From: the human T2T-CHM13v2.0 reference genome, Homo sapiens
DNA length: 64,000 bases
Reading direction: 5' to 3' (one strand)
NCBI RefSeq assembly: GCF_009914755.1
Contig: NC_060925.1
Position numbers and translations under genes: made by a program
Shown here: positions 26,869-39,784 of the stretch, piece after piece
How the letters are laid out: every line of letters starts with the position of its first letter
Position numbering within the stretch: the first letter of the stretch is position 1
The notes under the pieces: generated by a model
Seen by the model: only the letters and a program-made list of their open reading frames with translations
The model's database searches: none
Told to the model about the DNA's origin: nothing

Positions 26869-29800
26869 TTACATGAAAAAACCCGTTTCCAACGAAGGCC
26901 TCTAAGTGGTCAAAATATCCACGTGCAGACTTTACAAACAGAGTGTTTCCAAACCGCTGAATGAAAAGAAAAGTTAAACTCTGAGAGTTGAACGCACACA
27001 TCACGCAGCAGTTTCTGAGAATGATTCTGTCTAGTTTTTATACGAAGATATTTCCTTTTCTGCCTTTGGCCCCAAAGCGCTTGAAATCTCCACTTGCAAA
27101 TTCCACAAAAACAGTGTTTCAAATCTGCTCTCTCTAAATGAAAGTTCAACTCTGTCAGTTGAATACACACAACACAAGGAAGTTACTGAGAATTCTTCTG
27201 TCTAGCATAATATGAAGAAATCCCGTTTCCAACGAAGGCCTCAAAGGGGTCTGAAAATCCACTTGCAGACTTTATAAACAGAGTGTTTACTAACTGCTCT
27301 ATGAAAAGAAAGGTTAAACTCTGTGAGTTGAACACACACATCACAAAGGAGTTTCTGAGAATCATTCTGTCTAGTTTTTCTACGAAGATATTTCCTTTTC
27401 TACTATTGACCTGAAAGCGGCTGAAATCTCCACTTGCAAATTCCACAAAAAGAGTGTTTCAAGTCTGCTCTGTGTAAAGGATCGTTCAACTCTGTGAGTT
27501 GAATACACACAACACAAGGAAGTTACTGAGAATTCTTCTGTCTAGCAGAATAGGAAGAAATCCCGTTTCCAACGAAGGCCTCAAAGAGGTCTGAATATCC
27601 ACTTGCAGACTTTACACACAGAGTGTTTCCTAACTGCTGTATGAAAAGAAAGGTTAAACTCTGTGAGTTGAACACACACATCACAAAGGAGTTTCTGAGA
27701 ATCGTTCTGTCTAGTTTCTATAGGAAGATATTTCCTATTCTACCATTGACCTCAAAGCGGCTGAAATCTCCACTTGCAAATTCCACAAAAATAATGTTTC
27801 AAGTCTGCTCTGTGTAAAGGACCGTTCAACTCTGTGAGTTGAATACACACAACACAAGGAAGTTACTGAGAATTATTCTGTCTAGCAGAATATGAAGAAA
27901 TCCCGTTTCCAACGAAGGCCCCAAAGAGGTCTGAATATCCACTTGCAGACTTTACAAACAGAGTGTTTCCTAACTGCTCTATGAAAAGAAAAGTTAAACT
28001 CTGTGAGTTGAACGCACACATCACAAAGGAGTTTATGAGAATCATTCTGTCTAGTCTTTATACGAAGATATTTCCTTTTCTACCATTGACCTCAAAGCGG
28101 CTGAAATCTCCACTTGCAAATTCCACAAAAAGAGTGTTTCAAGTCTGCTCTGTGTAAAGGATCGTTCAACTCTGTGAGTAGAATACACACAACACAAGGA
28201 AGTTACTGAGAATTCTTCTGTCTAGCAGAATATGAAGAAATCCCGTTTCCAACGAAGGCCTCAAGGAGGTCTGAATATCCACTTGCAGACTTTACAAACA
28301 GAGTGTTTCCTAACTGCTCTATGAACAGAAAGGTTAAACTCTGTGAGTTGAACGCACACATCACAAAGGAGTTTCTGAGAATCATTCTGTCTAGTCTTTA
28401 TACGAAGATATTTACTTTTCTACCATTGACTTCAAAGCGGCTGAAATCTCCACCTGCAAATTCCACAAAAAGAGTGTTTCAAGTCTGCTCTGTGTAAAGG
28501 ATCATTCAACTCTGTGAGTTGAATAAACACAACACAAGGAAGTTACTGAGAATTCTTCTGTCTAGCAGAATATGAAGAAATCCCGTTTCCAACGAAGGCC
28601 TCAAGGAGGTCTGAATATCCACTTGCAGACTTTACAAACAGAGTGTTTCCTAACTGCTCTATGAAAAGAAAGGTTAAACTCTGTGAGTTGAACGCACACA
28701 TCACAAAGGAGTTTCTGAGAATCATTCTGTCTAGTTTCTATAAGAAGATATTTCCTATTCTACCATTGACCTCAAAGCGGCTGAAATCTCCACTTGCAAA
28801 TTCGAGAAAAAGAGTGTTTCAAGCCTGCTCTCTGTAAAGGATCCTTCAACTCTGTGAGTTGAATACACACAACACAAGGAAGTTACTGAGAATTATTCTG
28901 TCTAGCATAATATGAAGAAATCCCGTTTCCAACGAAGGCCTCAAAGAGGTCTGAATATCCACTTGCAGACTTTACAAACAGAGTGTTTCCTAACTGCTCT
29001 ATGAGAAGAAAAGTTAAACTCTGTGAGTTGAACGCACACATCACAAAAGATTTTCTGAGAATCATTCTGTCTAGTCTTTATATGAAGATAGTTTCCTTTT
29101 CTACCATTGACCTCAAAGCGGCTGAAATCTCCACTTGCAAATTCCACAAAAAGAGTGTTTCAAGTCTGCTCTGTGTAAAGGATCGTTCAACTCTGTGAGT
29201 TGAATACACACAACACAAGGAAGTTACTGCGAATTCTTCTGTCTAGCAGAATAGGAAGAAATCCCGTTTCCAACGAAGGCCACAAGATGTCAGAATATCC
29301 ACTTACAGACTTTACAAACAGAGTGTTTCCTAACTGCTCTATGAACAGAAAGGTTAATCTCTGTGAGTTGAACGAACACATCACAACGCAGTTTGTGGGA
29401 ATGATTCTGTCTAGTTTTGAAACGAAGATATTTCCTTTTCTGCCGTTGACCTTAAAGCGCTTGAAATCTACACTTGCAAATTGCACAAATAGAGTGTTTC
29501 AAATCTGCTCTGTCTAAGGGAACGTTCAACTCTGTGAGTTGAATGCACACAACACAAGGAAGTTACTGGGAATTCTTCTGTCTAGCCTTACATGAAAAAA
29601 ACCCGTTTCCAACGAAGGCCTCTAAGTGGTCAAAATATCCACGTGCAGACTTTACAAACAGAGTGTTTCCAAACCGCTGAATGAAAAGAAAAGTTAAACT
29701 CTGAGAGTTGAACGCACACATCACGCAGCAGTTTCTGAGAATGATTCTGTCTAGTTTTTATACGAAGATATTTCCTTTTCTGCCTTTGGCCCCAAAGCGC

Positions 29801-32305
29801 TTGAAATCTCCACTTGCAAATTCCACAAAAACAGTGTTTCAAATCTGCTCTCTCTAAATGAAAGTTCAACTCTGTCAGTTGAATACACACAACACAAGGA
29901 AGTTACTGAGAATTCTTCTGTCTAGCATAATATGAAGAAATCCCGTTTCCAACGAAGGCCTCAAAGGGGTCTGAATATCCACTTGCAGACTTTATAAACA
30001 GAGTGTTTACTAACTGCTCTATGAAAAGAAAGGTTAAACTCTGTGAGTTGAACACACACATCACAAAGGAGTTTCTGAGAATCATTCTGTCTAGTTTTTC
30101 TACGAAGATATTTCCTTTTCTACTATTGACCTGAAAGCGGCTGAAATCTCCACTTGCAAATTCCACAAAAAGAGTGTTTCAAGTCTGCTCTGTGTAAAGG
30201 ATCGTTCAACTCTGTGAGTTGAATACACACAACACAAGGAAGTTACTGAGAATTCTTCTGTCTAGCAGAATAGGAAGAAATCCCGTTTCCAACGAAGGCC
30301 TCAAAGAGGTCTGAATATCCACTTGCAGACTTTACAAACAGAGTGTTTCCTAACTGCTCTATGAAAAGAAAGGTTAAACTCTGTGAGTTGAACACACACA
30401 TCACAAAGGAGTTTCTGAGAATCGTTCTGTCTAGTTTCTATAGGAAGATATTTCCTATTCTACCATTGACCTCAAAGCGGCTGAAATCTCCACTTGCAAA
30501 TTCCACAAAAAGAATGTTTCAAGTCTGCTCTGTGTAAAGGATCGTTCAACTCTGAGTTGAATACACACAACACAAGGAAGTTACTGAGAATTATTCTGTC
30601 TAGCAGAATATGAAGAAATCCCGTTTCCAACGAAGGCCCCAAAGAGGTCTGAATATCCACTTGCAGACTTTACAAACAGAGTGTTTCCTAACTGCTCTGT
30701 GAAAAGAAAAGTTAAACTCTGTGAGTTGAACGCACACATCACAAAGGAGTTTATGAGAATCATTCTGTCTAGTCTTTATACGAAGATATTTCCTTTTCTA
30801 CCATTGACCTCAAAGCGGCTGAAATCTCCACTTGCAAATTCCACAAAAAGAGTGTTTCAAGTCTGCTCTGTGTAAAGGATCGTTCAACTCTGTGAGTAGA
30901 ATACACACAACACAAGGAAGTTACTGAGAATTCTTCTGTCTAGCAGAATATGAAGAAATCCCGTTTCCAACGAAGGCCTCAAGGAGGTCTGAATATCCAC
31001 TTGCAGACTTTACAAACAGAGTGTTTCCTAACTGCTCTATGAACAGAAAGGTTAAACTCTGTGAGTTGAACGCACACATCACAAAGGAGTTTCTGAGAAT
31101 CATTCTGTCTAGTCTTTATACGAAGATATTTACTTTTCTACCATTGACTTCAAAGCGGCTGAAATCTCCACTTGCAAATTCCAAAAAAAGAGTGTTTCAA
31201 GTCTGCTCTGTGTAAAGGATCATTCAACTCTGTGAGTTGAATAAACACAACACAAGGAAGTTACTGAGAATTCTTCTGTCTAGCAGAATATGAAGAAATC
31301 CCGTTTCCAACGAAGGCCTCAAGGAGGTCTGAATATCCACTTGCAGACTTTACAAACAGAGTGTTTCCTAACTGCTCTATGAAAAGAAAGGTTAAACTCT
31401 GTGAGTTGAACGCACACATCACAAAGGAGTTTCTGAGAATCATTCTGTCTAGTTTCTATAAGAAGATATTTCCTATTCTACCATTGACCTCAAAGCAGCT
31501 GAAATCTCCACTTGCAAATTCGACAAAAAGAGTGTTTCAAGCCTGCTCTCTGTAAAGGATCCTTCAACTCTGTGAGTTGAATACACACAACACAAGGAAG
31601 TTACTGAGAATTATTCTGTCTAGCATAATATGAAGAAATCCCGTTTCCAACGAAGGCCTCAAAGAGGTCTGAATATCCACTTGCACACTTTACAAACAGA
31701 GTGTTTCCTAACTGCTCTATGAGAAGAAAAGTTAAACTCTGTGAGTTGAACGCACACATCACAAAAGATTTTCTGAGAATCATTCTGTCTAGTCTTTATA
31801 TGAAGATAGTTTCCTTTTCTACCATTGACCTCAAAGCGGCTGAAATCTCCACTTGCAAATTCCACAAAAAGAGTGTTTCAAGTCTGCTCTGTGTAAAGGA
31901 TCGTTCAACTCTGTGAGTTGAATACACACAACACAAGGAAGTTACTGAGAATTCTTCTGTCTAGCAGAATAGGAAGAAATCCCGTTTCCAACGAAGGCCA
32001 CAAGATATCAGAATATCCACTTACAGACTTTACAAACAGAGTGTTTCCTAACTGCTCTATGAACAGAAAGGTTAAACTCTGTGAGTTGAACGAACACATC
32101 ACAACGCAGTTTGTGGGAATGATTCTGTCTAGTTTTGAAACGAAGATATTTCCTTTTCTGCCGTTGACCTTAAAGCGCTTGAAATCTACACTTGCAAATT
32201 GCACAAATAGAGTGTTTCAAATCTGCTCTGTCTAAGGGAACGTTCAACTCTGTGAGTTGAATGCACACAACACAAGGAAGTTACTGGGAATTCTTCTGTC
32301 TAGCC
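26869..32305 (-). repeat. HOR units 10-11, two 16-mers
   Basis: Spacings 2719 and 2718 bp (2-bp deletion at ~30553). Confidence 0.92.
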
Positions 32306-34684
32306 TTACATGAAAAAACCCGTTTCCAACGAAGGCCTCTAAGTGGTCAAAATATACACGTGCAGACTTTACAAACAGAGTGTTTCCAAACCGCTGAATG
32401 AAAAGAAAAGTTAAACTCTGAGAGTTGAACGCACACATCACGCAGCAGTTTCTGAGAATGATTCTGTCTAGTTTTTATACGAAGATATTTCCTTTTCTGC
32501 CTTTGGCCCCAAAGCGCTTGAAATCTCCACTTGCAAATTCCACAAAAACAGTGTTTCAAATCTGCTCTCTCTAAATGAAAGTTCAACTCTGTCAGTTGAA
32601 TACACACTACACAAGGAAGTTACTGAGAATTCTTCTGTCTAGCATAATATGAAGAAATCCCGTTTCCAACGAAGGCCTCAAAGGGGTCTGAATATCCACT
32701 TGCAGACTTTATAAACAGAGTGTTTACTAACTGCTCTATGAAAAGAAAGGTTAAACTCTGTGAGTTGAACACACACATCACAAAGGAGTTTCTGAGAATC
32801 ATTCTGTCTAGTTTTTCTACGAAGATATTTCCTTTTCTACTATTGACCTGAAAGCAGCTGAAATCTCCACTTGCAAATTCCACAAAAAGAGTGTTTCAAG
32901 TCTGCTCTGTGTAAAGGATCGTTCAACTCGGTGAGTTGAATACACACAACACAAGGAAGTTACTGAGAATTCTTCTGTCTAGCAGAATAGGAAGAAATCC
33001 CGTTTCCAACGAAGGCCTCAAAGAGGTCTGAATATCCACTTGCAGACTTTACAAACAGAGTGTTTCCTAACTGCTCTATGAAAAGAAAGGTTAAACTCTG
33101 TGAGTTGAACACACACATCACAAAGGAGTTTCTGAGAATCGTTCTGTCTAGTTTCTATAGGAAGATATTTCCTATTCTACCATTGACCTCAAAGCGGCTG
33201 AAATCTCCACTTGCAAATTCCACAAAAAGAATGTTTCAAGTCTGCTCTGTGTAAAGGATCGTTCAACTCTGTGAGTTGAATACACACAACACAAGGAAGT
33301 TACTGAGAATTATTCTGTCTAGCAGAATATGAAGAAATCCCGTTTCCAACGAAGGCCTCAAAGAGGTCTGAATATCCACTTGCAGACTTTACAAACAGAG
33401 TGTTTCCTAACTGCTCTATGAAAAGAAAAGTTAAACTCTGTGAGTTGAACGCACACATCACAAAGGAGTTTATGAGAATCATTCTGTCTAGTCTTTATAC
33501 GAAGATATTTCCTTTTCTACCATTGACCTCAAAGCGGCTGAAATCTCCACTTGCAAATTCCACAAAAAGAGTGTTTCAAGTCTGCTCTGTGTAAAGGATC
33601 GTTCAACTCTGTGAGTAGAATACACACAACACAAGGAAGTTACTGAGAATTCTTCTGTCTAGCAGAATATGAAGAAATCCCGTTTCCAACGAAGGCCTCA
33701 AGGAGGTCTGAATATCCACTTGCAGACTTTACAAACAGAGTGTTTCCTAACTGCTCTATGAACAGAAAGGTTAAACTCTGTGAGTTGAACGCACACATCA
33801 CAAAGGAGTTTCTGAGAATCATTCTGTCTAGTCTTTATACGAAGATATTTACTTTTCTACCATTGACTTCAAAGCGGCTGAAATCTCCACTTGCAAATTC
33901 CACAAAAAGAGTGTTTCAAGTCTGCTCTGTGTAAAGGATCATTCAACTCTGTGAGTTGAATAAACACAACACAAGGAAGTTACTGAGAATTATTCTGTCT
34001 AGCATAATATGAAGAAATCCCGTTTCCAACGAAGGCCTCAAAGAGGTCTGAATATCCACTTGCAGACTTTACAAACAGAGTGTTTCCTAACTGCTCTATG
34101 AGAAGAAAAGTTAAACTCTGTGAGTTGAACGCACACATCACAAAAGATTTTCTGAGAATCATTCTGTCTAGTCTTTATATGAAGATAGTTTCCTTTTCTA
34201 CCATTGACCTCAAAGCGGCTGAAATCTCCACTTGCAAATTCCGCAAAAAGAGTGTTTCAAGTCTGCTCTGTGTAAAGGATCGTTCAACTCTGTGAGTTGA
34301 ATACACACAACACAAGGAAGTTACTGAGAATTCTTCTGTCTAGCAGAAGATGAAGAAATCCCGTTTCCAACGAAGGCCACAAGATGTCAGAATATCCACT
34401 TGCAGACTTTACAAACAGAGTGTTTCCTAACTGCTCTATGAACAGAAAGGTTAAACTCTGTGAGTTGAACGAACACATCACAACGCAGTTTGTGGGAATG
34501 ATTCTGTCTAGTTTTGAAACGAAGATATTTCCTTTTCTGCCGTTGACCTTAAAGCGCTTGAAATCTACACTTGCAAATTGCACAAATAGAGTGTTTCAAA
34601 TCTGCTCTGTCTAAGGGAACGTTCAACTCTGTGAGTTGAATGCACACAACACAAGGAAGTTACTGGGAATTCTTCTGTCTAGCC
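32306..34684 (-). repeat. HOR unit 12, 14-mer ABCDEGH (no F)
   Basis: 2379 bp; shares private variants with unit 8. Confidence 0.9.
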
Positions 34685-37064
34685 TTACATGAAAAAAACC
34701 CGTTTCCAACGAAGGCCTCTAAGTGGTCAAAATATCCACGTGCAGACTTTACAAACAGAGTGTTTCCAAACCGCTGAATGAAAAGAAAAGTTAAACTCTG
34801 AGAGTTCAACGCACACATCACGCAGCAGTTTCTGAGAATGATTCTGTCTAGTTTTTATACGAAGATATTTCCTTTTCTGCCTTTGGCCCCAAAGCGCTTG
34901 AAATCTCCACTTGCAAATTCCACAAAAACAGTGTTTCAAATCTGCTCTCTCTAAATGAAAGTTCAACTCTGTCAGTTGAATACACACAACACAAGGAAGT
35001 TACTGAGAATTCTTCTGTCTAGCATAATATGAAGAAATCCCGTTTCCAACGAAGGCCTCAAAGGGGTCTGAATATCCACTTGCAGACTTTATAAACAGAG
35101 TGTTTACTAACTGCTCTATGAAAAGAAAGGTTAAACTCTGTGAGTTGAACACACACATCACAAAGGAGTTTCTGAGAATCATTCTGTCTAGTTTTTCTAC
35201 GAAGATATTTCCTTTTCTACTATTGACCTGAAAGCGGCTGAAATCTCCAATTGCAAATTCCACAAAAACAGTGTTTCAAGTCTGCTCTGTGTAAAGGATC
35301 GTTCAACTCTGTGAGTTGAATACACACAACACAAGGAAGTTACTGAGAATTCTTCTGTCTAGCAGAATAGGAAGAAATCCCGTTTCCAACGAAGGCCTCA
35401 AAGAGGTCTGAATATCCACTTGCAGACTTTACAAACAGAGTGTTTCCTAACTGCTCTATGAAAAGAAAAGTTAAACTCTGTGAGTTGAACGCACACATCA
35501 CAAAGGAGTTTCTGAGAATCGTTCTGTCTAGTTTCTATAGGAAGATATTTCCTATTCTACCATTGACCTCAAAGCGGCTGAAATCTCCACTTGCAAATTC
35601 CACAAAAAGAATGTTTCAAGTCTGCTCTGTGTAAAGGATCGTTCAACTCTGTGAGTTGAATACACACAACACAAGGAAGTTACTGAGAATTATTCTGTCT
35701 AGCATAATATGAAGAAATCCCGTTTCCAGCGAAGGCCTCAAAGAGGTCTGAATATCCACTTGCAGACTTTAGAAACAGAGTGTTTCCTAACTGCTCTATG
35801 AAAAGAAAAGTTAAACTCTGTGAGTTGAACGCACACATCACAAAGGAGTTTATGAGAATCATTCTGTCTAGTCTTTATACGAAGATATTTCCTTTTCTAC
35901 CATTGACCTCAAAGCGGCTGAAATCTCCACTTTCAAATTCCACAAAAAGAGTGTTTCAAGTCTGCTCTGTGTAAAGGATCGTTCAACTCTGTGAGTAGAA
36001 TACACACAACACAAGGAAGTTACTGAGAATTCTTCTGTCTAGCAGAATAGGAAGAAATCCCGTTTCCAACGAAGGCCTCAAGGAGGTCTGAATATCCACT
36101 TGCAGACTTTACAAACAGAGTGTTTCCTAACTGCTCTATGAAAAGAAAGGTTAAACTCTGTGAGTTGAACGCACACATCACAAAGGAGTTTATGAGAATC
36201 ATTCTGTCTAGTTTCTATAAGAAGATATTTCCTATTCTACCATTGACCTCAAAGCGGCTGAAATCTCCACTTGCAAATTCGACAAAAAGAGTGTTTCAAG
36301 CCTGCTCTCTGTAAAGGATCCTTCAACTCTGTGAGTTGAATACACACAACACAAGGAAGTTACTGAGAATTATTCTGTCTAGCATAATATGAAGAAATCC
36401 CGTTTCCAACGAAGGCCTCAAAGAGGTCTGAATATCCACTTGCAGACTTTACAAACAGAGTGTTTCCTAACTGCTCTATGAGAAGAAAAGTTAAACTCTG
36501 TGAGTTGAACGCACACATCACAAAAGATTTTCTGAGAATCATTCTGTCTAGTCTTTATATGAAGATAGTTTCCTTTTCTACCATTGACCTCAAAGCGGCT
36601 GAAATCTCCACTTGCAAATTCCACAAAAAGAGTGTTTCAAGTCTGCTCTGTGTAAAGGATCGTTCAACTCTGTGAGTTGAATACACACAACACAAGGAAG
36701 TTACTGAGAATTCTTCTGTCTAGCAGAATATGAAGAAATCCCGTTTCCAACGAAGGCCACAAGATGTCAGAATATCCACTTGCAGACTTTACAAACAGAG
36801 TGTTTCCTAACTGCTCTATGAACAGAAAGGTTAAACTCTGTGAGTTGAACGAACACATCACAACGCAGTTTGTGGGAATGATTCTGTCTAGTTTTGAAAC
36901 GAAGATATTTCCTTTTCTGCCGTTGACCTTAAAGCGCTTGAAATCTACACTTGCAAATTGCACAAATAGAGTGTTTCAAATCTGCTCTGTCTAAGGGAAC
37001 GTTCAACTCTGTGAGTTGAATGCACACAACACAAGGAAGTTACTGGGAATTCTTCTGTCTAGCC
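34685..37064 (-). repeat. HOR unit 13, 14-mer ABCDFGH (no E)
   Basis: 2380 bp; D is followed directly by F at ~36045. Confidence 0.9.
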
Positions 37065-39784
37065 TTACATGAAAAAAACCCGTTTCCAACGAAGGCCTCT
37101 AAGTGGTCAAAATATCCACGTGCAGACTTTACAAACAGAGTGTTTCCAAACCGCTGAATGAAAAGAAAAGTTAAGCTCTGAGAGTTGAACGCACACATCA
37201 CGCAGCAGTTTCTGAGAATGATTCTGTCTAGTTTTTATACGAAGATATTTCCTTTTCTGCCTTTGGCCCCAAAGCGCTTGAAATCTCCACTTGCAAATTC
37301 CACAAAAACAGTGTTTCAAATCTGCTCTCTCTAAATGAAAGTTCAACTCTGTCAGTTGAATACACACAACACAAGGAAGTTACTGAGAATTCTTCTGTCT
37401 AGCATAATATGAAGAAATCCCGTTTCCAACGAAGGCCTCAAAGGGGTCTGAATATCCACTTGCAGACTTTATAAACAGAGTGTTTACTAACTGCTCTATG
37501 AAAAGAAAGGTTAAACTCTGTGAGTTGAACACACACATCACAAAGGAGTTTCTGAGAATCATTCTGTCTAGTTTTTCTACGAAGATATTTCCTTTTCTAC
37601 TATTGACCTGAAAGCGGCTGAAATCTCCACTTGCAAATTCCACAAAAACAGTGTTTCAAGTCTGCTCTGTGTAAAGGATCGTTCAACTCTGTGAGTTGAA
37701 TACACACAACACAAGGAAGTTACTGAGAATTCTTCTGTCTAGCAGAATAGGAAGAAATCCCGTTTCCAACGAAGGCCTCAAAGAGGTCTGAATATCCACT
37801 TGCAGACTTTACAAACAGAGTGTTTCCTAACTGCTCTATGAAAAGAAAAGTTAAACTCTGTGAGTTGAACGCACACATCACAAAGGAGTTTCTGAGAATC
37901 GTTCTGTCTAGTTTCTATAGGAAGATATTTCCTATTCTACCATTGACCTCAAAGCGGCTGAAATCTCCACTTGCAAATTCCACAAAAAGAATGTTTCAAG
38001 TCTGCTCTGTGTAAAGGATCGTTCAACTCTGTGAGTTGAATACACACAACACAAGGAAGTTACTGAGAATTATTCTGTCTAGCATAATATGAAGAAATCT
38101 CGTTTCCAACGAAGGCCTCAAAGAGGTCTGAATATCCACTTGCACACTTTACAAACAGAGTGTTTCCTAACTGCTCTATGAAAAGAAAAGTTAAACTCTG
38201 TGAGTTGAACGCACACATCACAAAGGAGTTTATGAGAATCATTCTGTCTAGTCTTTATACGAAGATATTTCCTTTTCTACCATTGACCTCAAAGCGGCTG
38301 AAATCTCCACTTGCAAATTCCACAAAAAGAGTGTTTCAAGTCTGCTCTGTGTAAAGGATCGTTCAACTCTGTGAGTAGAATACACACAACACAAGGAAGT
38401 TACTGAGAATTCTTCTGTCTAGCAGAATATGAAGAAATCCCGTTTCCAACGAAGGCCTCAAGGAGGTCTGAATATCCACTTGCAAACTTTACAAACAGAG
38501 TGTTTCCTAACTGCTCTATGAACAGAAAGGTTAAACTCTGTGAGTTGAACGCACACATCACAAAGGAGTTTCTGAGAATCATTCTGTCTAGTCTTTATAC
38601 GAAGATATTTACTTTTCTACCATTGACTTCAAAGCGGCTGAAATCTCCACTTGCAAATTCCACAAAAAGAGTGTTTCAAGTCTGCTCTGTGTAAAGGATC
38701 ATTCAACTCTGTGAGTTGAATAAACACAACACAAGGAAGTTACTGAGAATTCTTCTGTCTAGCAGAATATGAAGAAATCCCGTTTCCAACGAAGGCCTCA
38801 AGGAGGTCTGAATATCCACTTGCAGACTTTACAAACAGAGTGTTTCCTAACTGCTCTATGAAAAGAAAGGTTAAACTCTGTGAGTTGAACGCACACATCA
38901 CAAAGGAGTTTATGAGAATCATTCTGTCTAGTTTCTATAAGAAGATATTTCCTATTCTACCATTGACCTCAAAGCGGCTGAAATCTCCACTTGCAAATTC
39001 GACAAAAAGAGTGTTTCAAGCCTGCTCTCTGTAAAGGATCCTTCAACTCTGTGAGTTGAATACACACAACACAAGGAAGTTACTGAGAATTATTCTGTCT
39101 AGCATAATATGAAGAAATCCCGTTTCCAACGAAGGCCTCAAAGAGGTCTGAATATCCACTTGCAGACTTTACAAACAGAGTGTTTCCTAACTGCTCTATG
39201 AGAAGAAAAGTTAAACTCTGTGAGTTGAACGCACACATCACAAAAGATTTTCTGAGAATCATTCTGTCTAGTCTTTATATGAAGATAGTTTCCTTTTCTA
39301 CCATTGACCTCAAAGCGGCTGAAATCTCCACTTGCAAATTCCACAAAAAGAGTGTTTCAAGTCTGCTCTGTGTAAAGGATCGTTCAACTCTGTGAGTTGA
39401 ATACACACAACACAAGGAAGTTACTGAGAATTCTTCTGTCTAGCAGAATATGAAGAAATCCCGTTTCCAACGAAGGCCACAAGATGTCAGAATATCCACT
39501 TGCAGACTTTACAAACAGAGTGTTTCCTAACTGCTCTATGAACAGAAAGGTTAAACTCTGTGAGTTGAACGAACACATCACAACGCAGTTTGTGGGAATG
39601 ATTCTGTCTAGTTTTGAAACGAAGATATTTCCTTTTCTGCCGTTGACCTTAAAGCGCTTGAAATCTACACTTGCAAATTGCACAAATAGAGTGTTTCAAA
39701 TCTGCTCTGTCTAAGGGAACGTTCAACTCTGTGAGTTGAATGCACACAACACAAGGAAGTTACTGGGAATTCTTCTGTCTAGCC
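37065..39784 (-). repeat. HOR unit 14, 16-mer ABCDEFGH
   Basis: 2720 bp. Confidence 0.92.
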
